This document shows, in pieces, positions 9,467 to 22,700 of a stretch of DNA of 64,000 bases (positions are counted from its first letter, which is position 1; each line of letters begins with the position of its first letter). Source of the stretch: an uncultured Eubacteriales bacterium (GTDB lineage Bacteria > Bacillota > Clostridia > Christensenellales > Aristaeellaceae); the NCBI GenBank assembly GCA_902800625.1, contig CADCFG010000004.1, positions 52,816 to 116,815 on the forward strand, given 5' to 3'. The notes beneath the pieces were generated by a model that had not been told where the DNA came from, did not search any database, and saw only the letters and a program-made list of their open reading frames with translations. The position numbers and the translations under genes are program-made.

Positions 9467-10186
9467 TCACATGTGCACCACGGTGCCGATGTCCTCGCCC
9501 CTGGCGACCCGCAGGATGTTGTCCAGGTCGTCCATGTTGAACACGCGGATCACCGGGATCTTCTGGTCCTGGCACAGCTGGAAGGCGGAAGTGTCCATCA
9601 CCTTCAGGCCCATTTCGATGGTCTGCTGGTAGGTGATGTCCTTGATCAGCTTCGCGTCCGGGTTCTTCCGGGGGTCGGAGTCGTACACGCCGTCCACGGT
9701 GGTGCCCTTGAACACCGCGTCCGCGCCCAGCTCGGCCGCCCGCAGCGCTGCGGCGGTGTCAGTGGTGAAGAATGGGTTGCCGCTGCCGCCGGCCAGCAGC
9801 ACGATGTCGCCGCGCTCCATGGCCGCGATAGCGCGGTCGGCGCGGTACAGCTCGGCGAAGCGGGTCATCTCCTGGGCGGTGAAAACGGACGCGCCGCGGC
9901 CCAGCCGCTGGATGGCGTCCTGCACGCACAGGGCGTTGATGATCGTGGCCAGCATGCCCATCTGGTCCGCCAGCACAGGGTTCATCGCGTCGGTGAAGCG
10001 GCCGCGCCAGATGTTGCCGCCGCCCATTACCACGCCCACCTGCACGCCCAGGTCGGCCAGGGCCACGATGGCCTTCGCCGCGCGGTCCACGCGGCCGGCC
10101 TCAAAGCTATGGGAGGCGCCGGTGGGGGAGAACTTCTCCGGGGCCAGCGTCTCGCCACTCAATTTCAGTATGATGCGCTTGTACAT
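9467..10186 (-). CDS. pyrH: UMP kinase
   Basis: MYKRIILKLSGETL...GGGNIWRG...DGVYDSDP... Start set at the second ATG (10186, AAAGGA RBS). The track ORF starts at 10204. Confidence 0.9.
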   Translation of the reverse strand: MYKRIILKLSGETLAPEKFSPTGASHSFEAGRVDRAAKAIVALADLGVQVGVVMGGGNIWRGRFTDAMNPVLADQMGMLATIINALCVQDAIQRLGRGASVFTAQEMTRFAELYRADRAIAAMERGDIVLLAGGSGNPFFTTDTAAALRAAELGADAVFKGTTVDGVYDSDPRKNPDAKLIKDITYQQTIEMGLKVMDTSAFQLCQDQKIPVIRVFNMDDLDNILRVARGEDIGTVVHM

Positions 10187-10200
10187 AATCAATCGTCCTT

Positions 10201-11343
10201 TCATGCCGCTTTGTTGGCAATGTGGTCGTCCGCGTATTCCTTGCGGACGGCGTCGATCTGGTCATAGGCGGCCACGAAGGCCTCCACCACCTTGGGGTCA
10301 AACTGGGTGCCGCTGCAGCGCACGATCTCGTCGTAGGCGACCTTTGGGTCCCAGGCGTCCTTGTAGCTGCGCCGGCTGGTCAGGGCGTCATACACGTCCG
10401 CCACGGCCACGATGCGGCTCTCAAGTCCGATTTCCTCGCCGGTCTCGCCGTTGGGATAGCCCTTGCCGTCATAGCGCTCGTGGTGCTCCAGGGCGATCTG
10501 CCGCGCCAGGGTCATGGTTTCGCCCTCCACGTTGTGCAGCAGGTGCTCTCCAAAGCCAGGGTGCTTCTTGATCTCTGCGAACTCCGCATCTGTCAAACGC
10601 CCGGGCTTGTCCAGGATCTCCGACGGGATCATCAGCTTGCCCAGATCGTGCATCGTGCTGGCCAGGCGCAGGCTCTCCACCTGCTCCTCGGGCAGGCCCA
10701 TCTGTTGCGCCAGGATCTTTGAATACTCCGACACGCGACGGATGTGCTGGCCGGTCTGCTCACTCTTGTTCTCGGTGATCTCCGCCAGGGACACGATGAC
10801 CTCCTCCTGGATGCGGCTGGTCTCTCCGGCCTTGTCCTGCAGATACGCGCCGTATTCAAACACCAGCGAGAAGAACCGAAACAGCAGGAACATCAACAGC
10901 CCCAGCACCGGGTTGACCAGCGCCAGCAGCAGCAGCCCCCAGCTGTTTTCCCGCATGTGCCGGGCTGCCTCGGCGGAGAATGGCTGGCCCTCCTCGACGA
11001 TGCGGCGGATCAGTTTTTTGAAGAAGCCGATGTAATACAGCAGCACCAGCAGCGACAGGAACGTGATGAACAGCTCGATGGCCTTCGTATAGACCGGCTC
11101 CATGGCGCTCAGGTTGGCGCTCTGGAACAGGATTTCAAAGACCGTGCTGCGGCCCAGCACGCTTTCGATTTGACTGATATGGCCGTCGAAGAAGCCGGTA
11201 AGAGCCGGCACCTTGATGGAGAAGGCCGCCGCGATCTGAAGGCATGTCACCACCATCAACACGATGGTGATCACCTTGGCGACGGTGGCCGCCGCAAAGA
11301 GCATCTTCGCAATCTGTACGATGCGCTTTTTGACATCGCTCAT
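10201..11343 (-). CDS. Membrane protein with a C-terminal HD-GYP domain (putative c-di-GMP phosphodiesterase)
   Basis: Start trimmed to MSDVKKRIVQ (ATG at 11343, GGGGGAGG RBS). About 4 TM segments, then HDLGKLMIP...HHERYDGKGYPNG...VADVYDAL. Confidence 0.85.
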   Translation of the reverse strand: MSDVKKRIVQIAKMLFAAATVAKVITIVLMVVTCLQIAAAFSIKVPALTGFFDGHISQIESVLGRSTVFEILFQSANLSAMEPVYTKAIELFITFLSLLVLLYYIGFFKKLIRRIVEEGQPFSAEAARHMRENSWGLLLLALVNPVLGLLMFLLFRFFSLVFEYGAYLQDKAGETSRIQEEVIVSLAEITENKSEQTGQHIRRVSEYSKILAQQMGLPEEQVESLRLASTMHDLGKLMIPSEILDKPGRLTDAEFAEIKKHPGFGEHLLHNVEGETMTLARQIALEHHERYDGKGYPNGETGEEIGLESRIVAVADVYDALTSRRSYKDAWDPKVAYDEIVRCSGTQFDPKVVEAFVAAYDQIDAVRKEYADDHIANKAA

Positions 11344-11363
11344 ATTTCGACCTCCCCCATTTG

Positions 11364-11394
11364 AAAAAAGGGAACGCGTTTCCACGTTCCCTTT
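11364..11394 (-). terminator. Rho-independent terminator after tsf
   Basis: Minus strand: AAGGGAACG-loop-CGTTCCCTT followed by TTTTTT, 10 nt after the tsf stop. Confidence 0.6.
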
Positions 11395-11404
11395 GAAGAG
11401 TTGC

Positions 11405-12328
<924 letters not shown>

Positions 12329-12437
12329 TTTGAATTCCTCCTAAGATGATGTGGGGTGGGGGGAGCGCAATCGCTCCATTACGCGATTCAAGCGGCACTC
12401 CAACAAGGGAGCGTCGCATGAATCATTGGAAGTTCAA

Positions 12438-13163
12438 TTATTCCTCGGCGGCAACGGGAGCGGCTTCGTCCTCGGTCTGCTCGCCCTGCTTGCCCTCCAG
12501 CACGGCGTCCGCCAGCTTGCCGGCGATCAGCTTGACAGCGCGGATGGCGTCGTCGTTGCCGGGGATGACGTAGTCGATCTCATCGGGGTCGCAGTTGGTG
12601 TCGACGATGGCCACGATCGGGATGCCCAGGTTGCGGGCCTCGGCCACGGCGATGCGCTCCTTGCGGGGGTCGACGATGAACAGCGCGCCGGGCAGCTTCT
12701 TCATCTCGCGGATGCCGCCCAGGTTCTTCAGCAGCTTTTCGCGCTCAGCGCACAGCTTGATGACTTCCTTCTTGGGCAGGACGTCGAACTGGCCGTTCTT
12801 CTCCATCGCGTCGATGTCATTCAGCCTCTTGATGCGGGTCTGCATGGTGCGGAAGTTGGTCAGGGTGCCGCCCAGCCAGCGGTTGTTCACATAGAACATG
12901 CCGCAGCGCTTGGCCTCGACCTCGATGCTCTCCTGGGCCTGCTTCTTGGTGCCGACGAACAGGATGCTCTTGCCCTCCAGCGCGATGTCGCGCACGAACA
13001 TATAAGCCTCGTCGATCTTGCGAACGGTCTTCTGCAGGTCGATGATGTAGATGCCGTTGCGCTCGGTGAAGATGTACTGGGCCATCTTCGGGTTCCAGCG
13101 GCGGGTCTGGTGGCCGAAGTGAACGCCGGCCTCCAGCAGCTGCTTCATGGAAATGACTGCCAT
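12438..13163 (-). CDS. rpsB: 30S ribosomal protein S2
   Basis: 241 aa, [27 protein letters not shown]... Confidence 0.95.
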   Translation of the reverse strand: MAVISMKQLLEAGVHFGHQTRRWNPKMAQYIFTERNGIYIIDLQKTVRKIDEAYMFVRDIALEGKSILFVGTKKQAQESIEVEAKRCGMFYVNNRWLGGTLTNFRTMQTRIKRLNDIDAMEKNGQFDVLPKKEVIKLCAEREKLLKNLGGIREMKKLPGALFIVDPRKERIAVAEARNLGIPIVAIVDTNCDPDEIDYVIPGNDDAIRAVKLIAGKLADAVLEGKQGEQTEDEAAPVAAEE

Positions 13164-13281
13164 AGTGGGTTTCCCTCCTTGTTTTTTCCACCTCCTGCTT
13201 CATCTCCGCTTGGCACCATGAGGGCTTTGCCCCCTACGGTCAACCGCCGCGCGAATCGGCAGAAGTGCGTTTTGCCCGAGA

Positions 13282-13311
13282 ATTATAACACAATTCACTC
13301 GGCATATTCAA
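13282..13311 (-). promoter_or_regulatory. Candidate rpsB promoter
   Basis: Minus strand: TTGAAT (13306-13311), 18 nt with a TG just upstream of the -10, TATAAT (13282-13287). Leader of about 120 nt. Confidence 0.4.
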
Positions 13312-13475
13312 GGCCTGAAAGTTAAATCTTGGGGCAATTTGAACTTTTGAGCGGTTTTTTACATTATATAATGGAGAATCCCGCGACAACGGTTGAGATA
13401 TGGGTGTGAATGGGCATGGCGATTGGCCCGCATGCATGGATAACAAATGGTTATATGATAATGCAGAAAAAAACA

Positions 13476-13504
13476 TAGACAAATAACCGCAAATGTATTA
13501 TAAT
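13476..13504 (+). promoter_or_regulatory. Candidate promoter for the giant ORF
   Basis: TAGACA (13476-13481), 17 nt, TATAAT (13499-13504) in an AT-rich block. Predicts a 5' leader of about 240 nt. Confidence 0.35.
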
Positions 13505-13531
13505 AATATTGGTATCGTGTATAGCTATACC

Positions 13532-13665
13532 CAGAATCAGGTCTGCATGTCGGCTGCTGGCCTGGAAGCGGGAAATGGGACGAAATAAAACAGAATCCGG
13601 TCTGAAAAATGTCTTAAAAGCAGACGCCGGTCCAAATTGCGTCACAAATAAGAGACTTAGGTCTG
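13532..13665 (+). promoter_or_regulatory. Four copies of a 14-nt motif, CAGA-NN-(C/T)-N-GGTC-TG, in the giant-gene leader
   Basis: CAGAATCAGGTCTG (13532-13545), CAGAATCCGGTCTG (13591-13604), CAGACGCCGGTCCA (13621-13634), GAGACTTAGGTCTG (13652-13665). Confidence 0.35.
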
Positions 13666-13748
13666 TATCGGCAAGATTGCGCGCTTGCGTGACGCAGGCT
13701 GTGTCGAAAAGCACGGCAAAAACTTCGACCAGGCAGTAGGAGGCAAAA

Positions 13749-16700
13749 ATGAGACATCCTACCAGAAATACGAATACATATGGAGCGCGTCCGCGTGGAG
13801 GCAGCCGCTTCAGCTTGGCCTATTTTGGCAGGCTGATGAGTTGTCTGCTTGCGTTGAGCCTCATATTGAATTCCTTTACATTTACGGTGGAGGACTTTGG
13901 CGTCGCCATCGCGCAAACCGCAGACACTGCAGAGTATGGCGCGGATGTCCTGGAAGAGGAAGAGAAGGCCGTCGAGGAGCTTCAGGATGTGGATCTTGGG
14001 CTGGAAGAAGGGAACGATCAGGAGACGGCTGACCAGGATGCCTACCTATTTAATGCGGGCTATGACAGCGAGTTCCTGTTCAGCAGGATCATGGATGACG
14101 CGAAGCTGCCCATCAAAAAGGTTAAGGATGTCGAGATGATCAGCGTCATGGGCAGCCTGGACGAGCAGGATCCCGATTCAAAGCAGGAAACCGGCGAGGC
14201 GCTGTATGTCGAGCCGATTCTGAACGACAAGAACGAGATTTCCGACTACAGCATCACCGCGCTGCGCTTCTTTGAGGAAGCGGGGTTGATGGTCTATACC
14301 GCCGACGATTACTATACCGTGCGCCTCTGGAGGCCGGATGACGCAGCCAAGGAGATGGAAAAGCGCGCCCAGCAGGCCCAGGCGCTGCCCGAGGAGACCG
14401 AAGAACCCGTGCCGGAAGCGACGGCCGAACCCGTCTATGAAATCGGCGCGGCCTGGCCGGAGCGACTGGGCACGGTGCTGGAAAGCGTTGGACTGCCCAT
14501 AAAACCGACCGAAGTCGAGAATGTGGCCGTGTTGGGCGATGGGGATGGAGAACCTGACCCGCTCACCGTGGAAGCTGTTGACGGGGACTATCTGATCTCC
14601 GTGACCCGTGATTTTGACGAGGCGCGGCTGGCCCTGTATCTGGGGGAGGAGGTCTGCGTCCTGACGCTGATCAATGGCATTGGCGCAGAACCGGTCGAGG
14701 AGACCGAGGTCGACGTTCCTGAGGAACCCGAAGCCGATCCCGTAGATGAAGCGGTGGAAGAGCCTGTCAAAGAGACTGAAATCGATCTGCCCACCGAAGA
14801 TGAAACCGAGACGACCGAAGAAATCGATGAAGTTGAGGAGCCGACGGAAGAGCTCACCGAGGAAACGGAAGTCGAGCTGATCGCCGAGCCGACCGCAGAG
14901 CCCACTGAGGAGCCGACCGTCGAACCTACCGAGGAGCCGACCGCAGAACCTACCGAGGAGCCGATGCTGGAGCCCACTGAGGAACCGACTGCCGAGCCGG
15001 CACCAGAGCCCACCGAGGAGCCCGAGGCTGATCTTGTCGAGGAACCCACCGAAGCGCCGACGGTTGAACCTACCGAGGAGCCGACGCCGGAGCCTACAGA
15101 AGAACCGACCGAAGTCGCTTATCCTGCGCAGCACTTTACCGGCAGCACGGTGTTCGTGCGCGTGGACGTGGACGCTCCCGAAGGCGCGTTCCCAGAAGGC
15201 GCGACCATGGCCGTCAAGCCCGTGTGGAACAGCGACACCATCGCTGACTTCACCGACGCTGTCTCCGCGGACAATATGGAGGTGGACCGCTGCCTCGTGG
15301 TGGACATCACCTTCTACGACGCCGACGGCAATGAAATCGAGCCGCTGGCGCCCGTGGCCGTGGAAATGAGCATGGCGGCGCGCATGAATGAGGAGCAGGA
15401 AGCCCTGGTGGCCCACATGGACGACACCGGCGCGGTGGAGCTGATGGAGCAGACCGAAGTGGCCGAAAGCACTGGCAGCCGCGTGGCCATGAGCGTGGAG
15501 ATCGGCACAGAACAGACCGAGGTCGAATATAAACAGACTGAAGTCGGTGATGCCGATGAAACCACGGTTGCCTTTGACGCCGACGGCTTCTCCATGTATG
15601 CGCTGATGCTCGCCCGCTATACGGTGGACTTTCACTGGGGTGACTATATATATAATATAGAAGGCGAGGGCGAAATCACCCTCTCGTCCCTTCTGGAAAA
15701 GCTCGGCGTGACGGAGATCACCTCCGCAGACGTGGCGAACGTCACTTTCTCCAATCCCGAATACATAGCAATCGAGCAGCTTGACTCTGACTGGCTGCTC
15801 CGCTCCCTTGCGCCCTTCAGCACTGAAGAGGCGCTGACGCTCACGCTCCAAAATGGCCAGAGTGTGGAGATCAAGGTCACGGATGAACAGCAGGAAGAGC
15901 CCGCACCCACCCCGGTTACGAACCTTGTCTACAACGGACAGCCGCAGGCGCTGGTGACAAACGTGGAAGGCGGAACATACCTCTATGCCCTTGTCGAGAA
16001 CGGCGAGACAGCGCCGGAGAACAATGTGAGCTGGAACACAACCGTTCCCTCTGCTACCGACGCCGGAACCTATTATGTCTGGTACAAAGCGGACGGCAGC
16101 GATGCTGCGGCGCAGTGCGTCACGGCAGCCATCGCGCGGATGCCCCTGACCATCACGGCCGACAGCGCCGAGAAGGCTTATGACGGTTCTCCCTTAACGA
16201 AAGATACCTACACATACACTAAACCGGCCGAAGGCGATACAATGCAATCCGTGACAATAAGCGGCAGCCAGGAACACATGGGCTCCAGCGATAATGTGCC
16301 TTCTGCGGCGGTCATTAATAACACCTCAAACGAAGATGTCACCGCAAACTATGACATCACCTATGTCAACGGCACCTTGACCGTCACATGGCCTGAGAAT
16401 ATGGTCGCGAAGGAACTCACAGCCTTCAACGGCAACCTTGCTACCTATACGATAACAGTCAACCCTGCCGGGGATGTTATGACTGGTGGACAAAACTATA
16501 TTGTGAAGGATACCTTCAGCAGGAATCAGTCCATCAACTACGGGTCGGTAACCGTATCTCCCGAGGAGAATGTCACCTACGATTTCAGCGAGCAAACCGG
16601 TACCTATACCATTCCTGACGGAGCCAAGGTTACCATCACCTATACTACCAGAGTAGCAGGACAGGTGGGCAAACCGGCAAACTTTTACAACACCGCCGTC

Positions 16701-19700
16701 GTCGGCAGTATGGGGGATTCGGGCTTCGTTCCCGGCCCGACGGCTACGGTAAATGAAACCAGGACCATCTCCCCGACCGGCACGGACATCTCCGGAACGG
16801 GCGGCGTGTACAGCATCGATTTGTTTGCTTATGCGGACGGCCATATGGAACGTGGTCTCAGCGGCGCCGAATTCCGCCTGCTCGATTCCAACATGCGCCC
16901 GATGCATTACCTTGCCGGGGAGAATGCGGGCAAGGAAATTAAGTTTACGACGGGAGAAGACGGAACCGTCACCATTAGGCTCAATCATGAAAGCGACGGT
17001 CTGGCAATTCAAAAGAATACCGTATATTTCCTTGAAATGGCTACCGCGCCTTATGAGGAGATAAACGGAGAAAACGTTTATTACCAGAAGGATGATACTT
17101 TTTACAGCTTCCTGATTACAGATGAGCCGAGCTATAAGTACGGCGACATCTACAGCTACTTCAACGGCGACGTGCTGAAGGTGCGTTGCTATCCCGAAGC
17201 TGAGGGCATCAACGTAACCAAGCGCTTTAGCGGCAACTATACCCTGACGGACGAGCAGAAAAATGCCATCACCTTTACCCTGCAGAAGGAGGCGCAGTAT
17301 ACCGCCAGCGGCTGGGTGGATGTGGAGAGCCATACCTATGCGGATTTCTCCTATGGTTCCATCAACTTCAACACCGGGCGCAAGGGCGGAACCGAACTGG
17401 AAGACTTTGCGACCTATCGGATCATCGAGGAGCATGCGCGTCCCGAGGCGCTTGCCGACACCATCGACGAGAACGTCTCCGTGACCGTTTCCTATCAGCA
17501 GGGCGGCAAGCGGGTGACGGAAAACAGCAACGAGTTTACCGTGGACCCGGATGAAAAACTCGCGTTCAGCTATGATTTCGCCTTCACCAACGAGTATGTG
17601 GATCACAAGCTGACCCTCATCAAGATTGACGAAAACACGGGCGCGCCTATTCCGGGCGCAATCTTCTCGGTTTACACAGCGGATAATACGGAGACAACTG
17701 TCGCAACCTACACCACCGGAAAGGACGGTTCGATTACGATCCGTCGGTCGGATGAAGGGGCGGGCTATGCCCCTGACACACTTTACTATGTTGTGGAAAG
17801 CAAAGCGCCCGAGGGGTACGTCCTTCCGGCCGATCCGGAGAAGATATACTTCTACTTCTCGGAAAACGGCGGCGGAGTTCCTGCCGGACTGCCCTCCGGC
17901 AAGACAGCCACAGACCTGACGACCTCCTATAACACCGTCACCCTGCCCAACAGCAGCGCAAGCGTCAACGTCCCCGTGACGGCGGTCTGGGGCGTCGGCA
18001 CGGAGAATATCAGCAAAGTGGTAGTCGGGCTGTATAAGTCTGTCGGTGGCGCGACAGCCGAAAAAGTGCTGGACAATAACAGCGAGGCTCTGACACTTGA
18101 ACTGACCAAAGAAAAATACTATGACACCACGACGTTTGTAAACCTCCCTGCCCAGGAGGATGGCAAGAATATCGTCTATTCCGTCGTGGTGAAGGGCGTC
18201 TTCGCCCCGGACGACGCGGACATCACCACGCAGTTTGCCCAAAGCGTCAGCGTCAGCGGCACCGGCTGGTATGTGGTGAAGAATGAACCCGCGGTCAGTG
18301 TCGTGGTTCAGAAGCAATGGTTTGAACAAGACGGTACAACACCGGTCTCTGATACATCTGGCAGGGCTGCTGTCACCTTTGACCTGTACCGCACGACGAC
18401 AGAGGCAGAAGGCAATTTCAATCGTGCTGAACTGGTCGCCTTTCTTGCGGATGCCGAGAAGGTGCGCACGGGGTTGACGCTTTCCAAGGAGAGTTGGAGT
18501 ACAACCATTGACTCCCTGCAGAGCAAAGACAGACAGGATAACACTTACTATTACTATGCTCTGGAGAATCCGATTCCGGACAACCAGGAGGATAGTTACC
18601 TTGTCGCGCCCGCCGTGGATTCTGCTCCGCGCACACTGACGATCAAAAACACCCAGACGCCGGTCACGGTCACGATTAAGGCCGGTGATTTGACAAAGAC
18701 TTACGGCGATGAGGATCCGAAATATCCGTTGACTGCGAGCGTTATGCAGGATGAAGCATCCGCAGTCATAACAGGCCCGGATGCCAGTGGTCATTACACC
18801 GCCACAGTGACGGACCCCCAGAGCGAGTCAAAAACCATCAAGTTCACGGTTTCCCGAGACGAAGGTGAGAACGTAGGCGCTTACACGATCACACCTACGG
18901 GCGAGGCCTCCCAGGCAGGATACAGAGTTCTGTTTGAGACTGGAAAGCTGACGATCAGCTCCGCAGAGGTCACCATCACCGCCGGCGCCTCCAAGGTCTA
19001 TGGCGAGGATGATCCTGCGCTCGTGACGGTGACGGGCCTTAAAAATAATGAAACTGCCGGATCCGGGGATAGCGATACCGTGAAATACACGGTCTCCCGC
19101 GAGGAGGGCGAGGATGTCGGCGATTATCCCATCACCCTGACCGGCGAAAGCGACCAGGGCAATTACAGGGTGACCTATGACAGCTCGAACGCGGTATTCA
19201 GAATCGGCCGAGCGCAGGCCACGGTGACCGCGAATGCGGCCTCCAAGGTATATGGCGAGGATGACCCGGAGCTTACCGCGACAGTTACCGGGCTTCAGCG
19301 TGGCGACGAAGCGTCCGTCCTGAACTATGAGCTGACCCGTGAGGCGGGCGAGAATGTCGGTACATACAGCATAACGTCCGCGGGTGAAGCGGAGCAGGGC
19401 AATTACACCGTGACCTATGCGCCCGCAGAGTTCACCATCACTCCCGCTGCCCTGACCGTTAAGGTTGTGAACACGGAGAAGACCTACGGAGATGAAGACC
19501 CCGAATGGGAAGTGGAAATCGACGGCCTGTACAGGGACGAAGAAGGCGGCACGCTTAATTCTGTGCTGGATGAAGCGACCGGCGTAAGGACCTATACCTA
19601 TACGCTGAGCGAAGGGGACGAAGCGGTCTCTCTGCTTACCTTCACGATCACTCGTACGGCGGGTGAAAGTGTCGGCAATTATCCCCTGACACCCACCGGA

Positions 19701-22700
19701 GCGGAAACACAGGGAAACTATACGCTTACATTTGAACCCGGCACGCTGAGCATTGAGCGGGCGGAGCTGTTTGTCACGGCCGATCATGTCGTGAAGGCGG
19801 TTGGCGTGGAAACGGATCCGCTGCTTACCGCGACGGTCACTGGCTGGAAAAACGGGGATGACCCGTTGGAGGACACCACGCTGTTTTCTACGGAAACCGA
19901 CGAGAACGGTACCGTCACCCGTACCTACAAGCGAGGAAGCGGCGCGGCTGAGGTGACGTTCCTTGTGATTTCAAGCGTCGGTGCGGACGGCACCGTAACC
20001 TGGACTTATAAACGTGGAGACACCGCTCTGCTCACCTTCACGCTCAAGCGCGATGCGAGCGAGGAGGAAGGCGAGTACCCGATCACGGTTTCGGGTGGAC
20101 AGAACCAATCTAACTACAGCGTTGAATATGAGCAGGGAAGCTTCGGGATCCTTTCGATCCTGGACGTGGATGTGAAGCAGCCGGTGATCGACTATGCCGA
20201 CACCGATGCCGCACCCTCCTATACCTATACTGCAAAGCTTGACCTGACCGGGACAGGCCTGGTCGAATATGAAAAGAACGGCTTCACGCGCGTTGACGGC
20301 GTTCCCACCCTTACCTTCACCCTGCCGGATGAGAATAAAGCGGATACCATGACGCTGAAGGTTCCGGGCGGCGCAAAGCTGACGGTGGAGCAGACGAGCA
20401 CAAACGACGACTATGATACCGCGCTCAGCCTTGACGGCAATCCTTACACAAATCCGAATAATGCGGCGCTTTGCATCCTTGAGCATGTGGATACCTATCA
20501 TGAAATGGCCTTTACCCACAGCCGTATCAGTTATCCCGTGGAGGCAAGAGTTTCCGAGACCCAGTCCGAGGAAGGCGCGAAGAAGCTGGAGGGCAGGAAG
20601 GGCGCCATGGGCATCCCGACGGGCGACGAGCTCACCCGGGCCATCGACGCGGATTTTGCTGATGACATGCATAGCAAGATCGGCTATGTGCTGCCCACGG
20701 ATAAGTACTACATGTATGACCATGCCTCGCTGTACACCGCGGCGGGGGAGGCTATCGAGGGCGCGTCCCATGTCTCGGCGATCAAGTATGACCGGGAGAA
20801 TGCCAAGTGGCAGTATAAGGTGGGGGAAGGCGACTTCGTTGATGCTCCCGAAAATGCCCAGCTGGTGCTGTTCTACCTGCCAAAGTTTGTCTGCAAGATC
20901 GGTACGGAAAAGTTCTATTCGCTGAGGGCGGCTGTGGATTATGTCGTCAACAACGCCGAAACAAACGGCACAACAGCGACCATCGAAATGCTGATCGGAG
21001 ATTATACCATCCGGTCTTCAAATGACGCGGTGACCATTCCCGAAGGGTATACCATTACCATCACCACGGCACAAACGGAATACGAGGGCGAGGGTACGGC
21101 GGTCATCAGCCGCAGCATGAACTATACGGCGGGGCACCTGTTCTACAATGACGGTAGACTGACCTTCGATAACATCATTCTCGACGGCAAGAACGTCCAG
21201 GCGACGGACGCGTTGGTACTCAACCGGGATGCAAACTCGGTGCTGACTGTCAATGCAGGCGCGACGATGCAAAATGCCAAGGGCGTCAACGGCGGCGCGA
21301 TCTACGTGAAAAACGGCACCGTGACCGTGAACGGCACCCTGACGAACAATGAGGCGACAAACGGTGGTGGCGCGGTGTATGTCAAGGCGGGTACGTTTAC
21401 GATAGGAGCATCCGGAAAGCTCAGCGGCAACTCAGCTATGACAGGCGGCGCGGTGTATGTAGATGACGGTACAGTCAACATTGTCGGCACCATCGGCGGC
21501 ACAGGAGCAGAAAGCAACACTGCCACCATCGGCGGCGCGGTGTACATCAACAAGGGCACGGTCAGCGTGACCGGGTCCGTGATTGGAAATACAGCTGAAA
21601 ACGGCGGTGCGGTCTATCAGGTCGGCGGTACGCTGACGGTTAACGGCAGCATGGCTCAGAACACCGCATCGGTCAACGGCGGCGCGGTATACCTGAGCAA
21701 CGGCACTTTGACCAACAATGGTACAATCGATGGAAACAGCGCAACCGGCAATGGCGGCGCGGTCTATCAGGTCGGCGGCACATTGTCCAATGAGGGTACC
21801 ATCAGCGGTAACAACGCATCCAACGGCGGCGGCATCTACCGTGTCGGCGGCACACTGACGGTCGGCGGCATACTCAGCGGCAACGAGGCAGACGAAGAAG
21901 GCGGCGCCATTCATTCTACAAACGGCACGCTGAACGTCAACGCGGCGGTCACCGGCAATCATGCGGCAACAGGCGGCGCAGTCTATGTCAGCGGCGCGAC
22001 CCTGAACATCAACGGCGGAAGCTTCTCCCAAAATACCGCCACTGCCAACGGCGGCGCGGTCTATGCGCTCAACAGCACCACCAGGATCGGCAGCGCCGAT
22101 GCGGAGGTGACAGTTGAAAACAACACTTCCGAGGGCAACGGCGGCGCGGTCTACATGGAAGGCGGCAGCGTGACCGTTGAGAATGCAAACAGCACTTTGA
22201 CCGGCAACAGCGCCATCAACGGCGGCGGCATCTACGCAACCAGCGGCGCGATCACCGTGGACAATGGCAGGCTGGAGAGCAACGAGGCCACTGCCAACGG
22301 CGGCGCGATCTATGCCGAAAGCGCTTCGGTGACGGTCAACGGCGGCGTGCTCGGCGGCACCGGCAAAGGGAATAAAGCAAACCAGGGCAACGGCGGCGCG
22401 ATCTATGCCGGCAGCGGCACCGTGACCGTAAGCGACGGTACGCTTTCCGGAAACAGCGCCGGCAGAGGCGAGAGCGAAGATACCACCCTTGGTCTGGGCG
22501 GTGCGATCTACGCAGGCACCGGCACGGTGAACTATACCGGCGGCGCCATCAACGGCGGCAACAGCGCGGTCAACGGCGCGGCGATCTTCGTCGGGTCGGG
22601 CATTGCCAATGTCTCCGCGTCCATCACCGGGAACACCGCAACGAACGGCGGCGCCATCGGCGTCGGCGGCACCTCGGCGCGCCTGAACTTCAAGGGTAGC

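Noticed and set aside
13505-13748. c-di-GMP riboswitch (GEMM-I/II) in the giant-gene leader
   Set aside because: This is attractive by analogy with Clostridioides difficile adhesin and pilin genes. I could find only loose similarities (GACGCAGGC, GCACGGCAAAAAC) and could not align the conserved cores. An Infernal scan is needed, so I do not call it.
14687-15115. Short tandem repeats that could superficially resemble a CRISPR array
   Set aside because: They are in-frame, imperfect EPTEEPT codon repeats with no unique spacers. They form a coding low-complexity linker.
16326-18794. 822-aa minus-strand ORF inside the giant gene, and similar ORFs at 14178-15851, 18828-19787, 21432-22856, 23205-24389, 27567-29039 and 32649-33743
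   Set aside because: These are antisense to a clearly coding, domain-rich frame. Their products are low-complexity (Arg/Gly/Ala/Val/Asp/His-rich) with no motifs or RBS. This is a typical high-GC antisense artefact.
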